Origin: Octopus sinensis
Taxonomy: Eukaryota
Direction of reading: 5' to 3'
DNA: 23,781 bases
Assembly: GCF_006345805.1 (NCBI RefSeq)
Contig: NW_021836562.1
Coordinates: 1 to 23,781, forward strand
The first letter of the stretch is position 1. Every line of letters starts with the position of its first letter. The translations under genes and the position numbers were made by a program. The notes beneath the pieces are model-generated. The model searched no databases. It had not been told where the DNA came from and saw nothing but the letters and a program-made list of their open reading frames with translations. This document shows positions 22,112-23,781 of the stretch, piece after piece.

Positions 22112-22115
<4 letters not shown>

Positions 22116-23235
22116 GACATTAAGAATGAACTGTCCGATTTTGAACTGAAAGTTTATTTTACGTTATCTCAATAACAAGCAACGCATTTAATCAAAGTAT
22201 GCACCTAAATTATCAACGCAATTTCGCCATTTTATCGGCAGCGAAGAATTCTGGAGAGAGCAAGAAGTGATGAAATCACGAAAGACTGTTTTTGCATATT
22301 CTTCAGATTTGAAGTTTTTTTTCCTTACAAAAAGGTGACTAATGCCTAGAAAACCTGATAGTCAGTTGGTGCCAGATCTGGTGAATATGGTGGATAACAG
22401 AGTACTTCCAAGTTCAGTTCCTGTAACTTGAGTAGCGTTCTTTGTTCAACATGTGGTCAAGCATTGTCTTGCAAGAGAATTGGCCTGTTTCTATTGACCA
22501 ATCTCAGTTGTTTAATTGCAAGTTCACTCATCATTGTATCCATCCGCTGTAATTGACTTACCAGGTCTCATAATTGTAGATATCCCCACCGCTGGACTTC
22601 CAAACACACCATTAGCATTTTTTGGTGAATATTCTATTTAAAGAAAATGTGTCTTGGCAGTTCGCCTCTCTCTAACCATCATGCAGAACGCTTGCTGTTG
22701 TTGAAACGAAACCGTTTTTCATCACACTTAACAATACGATGCAAAAATGGTTCACTTTAATGCCATGACAGCAAAGAACAGCAAGTTTCAAGACGACGTG
22801 TCATTCGATGCTCGCTCAGTTGGTGTGGTATCCACTCGTCTAGATTCTTCAACTTACCGATTTGTTTCAGATAGCCCCCAATACAGTTGAAATCAAAACA
22901 TCAAACTTTGCTGCTAACTCACGCGTAGTTTCAGATGTATCCGTTTCCACTACAGTTTCCAACCCGTCATTATCGACCTTGGTCTCAGGTCTACCACGGG
23001 GCAGTAAAGTCACTGGAACTTCTCAGACCATTGACGTACAGTGTGCTCATTCCCCACATCTTCACCAAACACCTCATTGATGTTTCGAGCTGTCTGGGAT
23101 GCACTGGTTCCACGATGGAACTCATTTCATAAACAACAGAATTTTTTTTTTATCTATCCACAGGTTCATAAAAATTGATTTACAAGCGAAAAATCATAAT
23201 ATAATCAGACACAATGAATTGCACTTCGTTTTGGG
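22112..23235 (-). mobile_element. Near full-length decayed mariner transposon (D,D34D transposase pseudogene at about 22188-23161)
   Basis: EFHRGTSASQTARNINEVFG, WIPHQL (22817-22834), CDEK (22715-22726), QDNA (22460-22471), YSPDLAPTD (22361-22387). Exactly 34 codons lie between the last two Asp. Ends GAYFD*. A terminus TA|TCAGGACATT... is at 22112. Several stops and frameshifts. Confidence 0.95.
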
Positions 23236-23246
23236 GTCTACCTTCA

Positions 23247-23542
23247 CTACTGTTTTTGGTAAAGAAGCGAGTTGGACGATGCTGTTCTCTTTTGCGTCTC
23301 CTGCCGTGGTGTGGGTTCATTTGGGATTTGTCCAGGTACTTTTTTGATATTTCGACATCTACACCTTGAAGATCTCTTAGGTTCCATGGCAGGATGTTAA
23401 ATAGTTGTGAACCTCCAAAAGCCAAGCTGTTGCAATACTAGATCTTTATCTGAGATGAAGAAGACGGAGTCTTTGGTATCATGCTGTACCGTCCATTTCG
23501 GTGGTTGGTATAACTTTTAATTCCACAATTTGGGGCTAGAAC
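23247..23542 (-). mobile_element. CR1/L2-group LINE, decayed C-terminal end of ORF2
   Basis: PNCGIKSYTNHRNGRYSMIPK...*YCNSLAFGGSQLFNILPWNLRDLQGVDVEISKKYLDK, then after a frameshift PNEPTPRQETQKRTASSNSLLYQKQ*. The FN.LP..LR, FK..LD and P.EP...NSL pattern is that of these LINEs. Confidence 0.85.
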
Positions 23543-23625
23543 GTCCTTATATATGTATATGTAAGTATATATATTTGGAAATGGACGCATCGCGTTCAAT
23601 TAAATAATAAATAATGAATAATATT

Positions 23626-23781
23626 GCTGTGTGGGTAAGTAGTTTGCTTACCAACCGCATTGTTCCGGGTTCAGTCCCATTGCGTGGCACCTTGGGCAAG
23701 TGACTTTTACTATAGCCTCGGGCCGACCAAAGCCTGGTAGTTCCACTTGGTAGACGGAAAGATCCTCCATATGCATGCATA
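23626..23781 (+). mobile_element. 5' part of the CORE-like SINE, cut by the window end
   Basis: GCTGTGTGGGTAAG...CCGGGTTCAGTCCCATTGCGTGGCACCTTGGGCAAGTGAC...CTATAGCCTCGGGCCGACCAAAGCC matches the reverse complement of 17700-17830. Confidence 0.85.

Overview
AT-rich eukaryotic DNA saturated with microsatellites and transposon relics. The SINE families look like those of octopus/cephalopods; this is my inference from recognising the repeats, not a database result. No host protein-coding gene can be supported, and most ORFs in the track are translated microsatellites. Supported elements: several tRNA-derived SINE families, including a five-unit tandem SINE multimer; two decayed mariner transposases, one nearly full length with D,D34D; a Tc1/mariner-type MITE; three non-autonomous Helitron-like elements; 3' fragments of an RTE-type and a CR1/L2-type LINE; a Penelope-like GIY-YIG endonuclease relic; and a fold-back element interrupted by a SINE. 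The most interesting signals are: (i) type I hammerhead-ribozyme-like folds in microsatellite-flanked repeats, best at 21753-21830, with a relative at 4217-4294 whose stems differ in sequence but still pair; (ii) evidence that one SINE family inserts into its own GGTATTT motif and so builds tandem arrays; (iii) a ~76-bp-periodic ETS+YY1-like motif array at 19346-19595.
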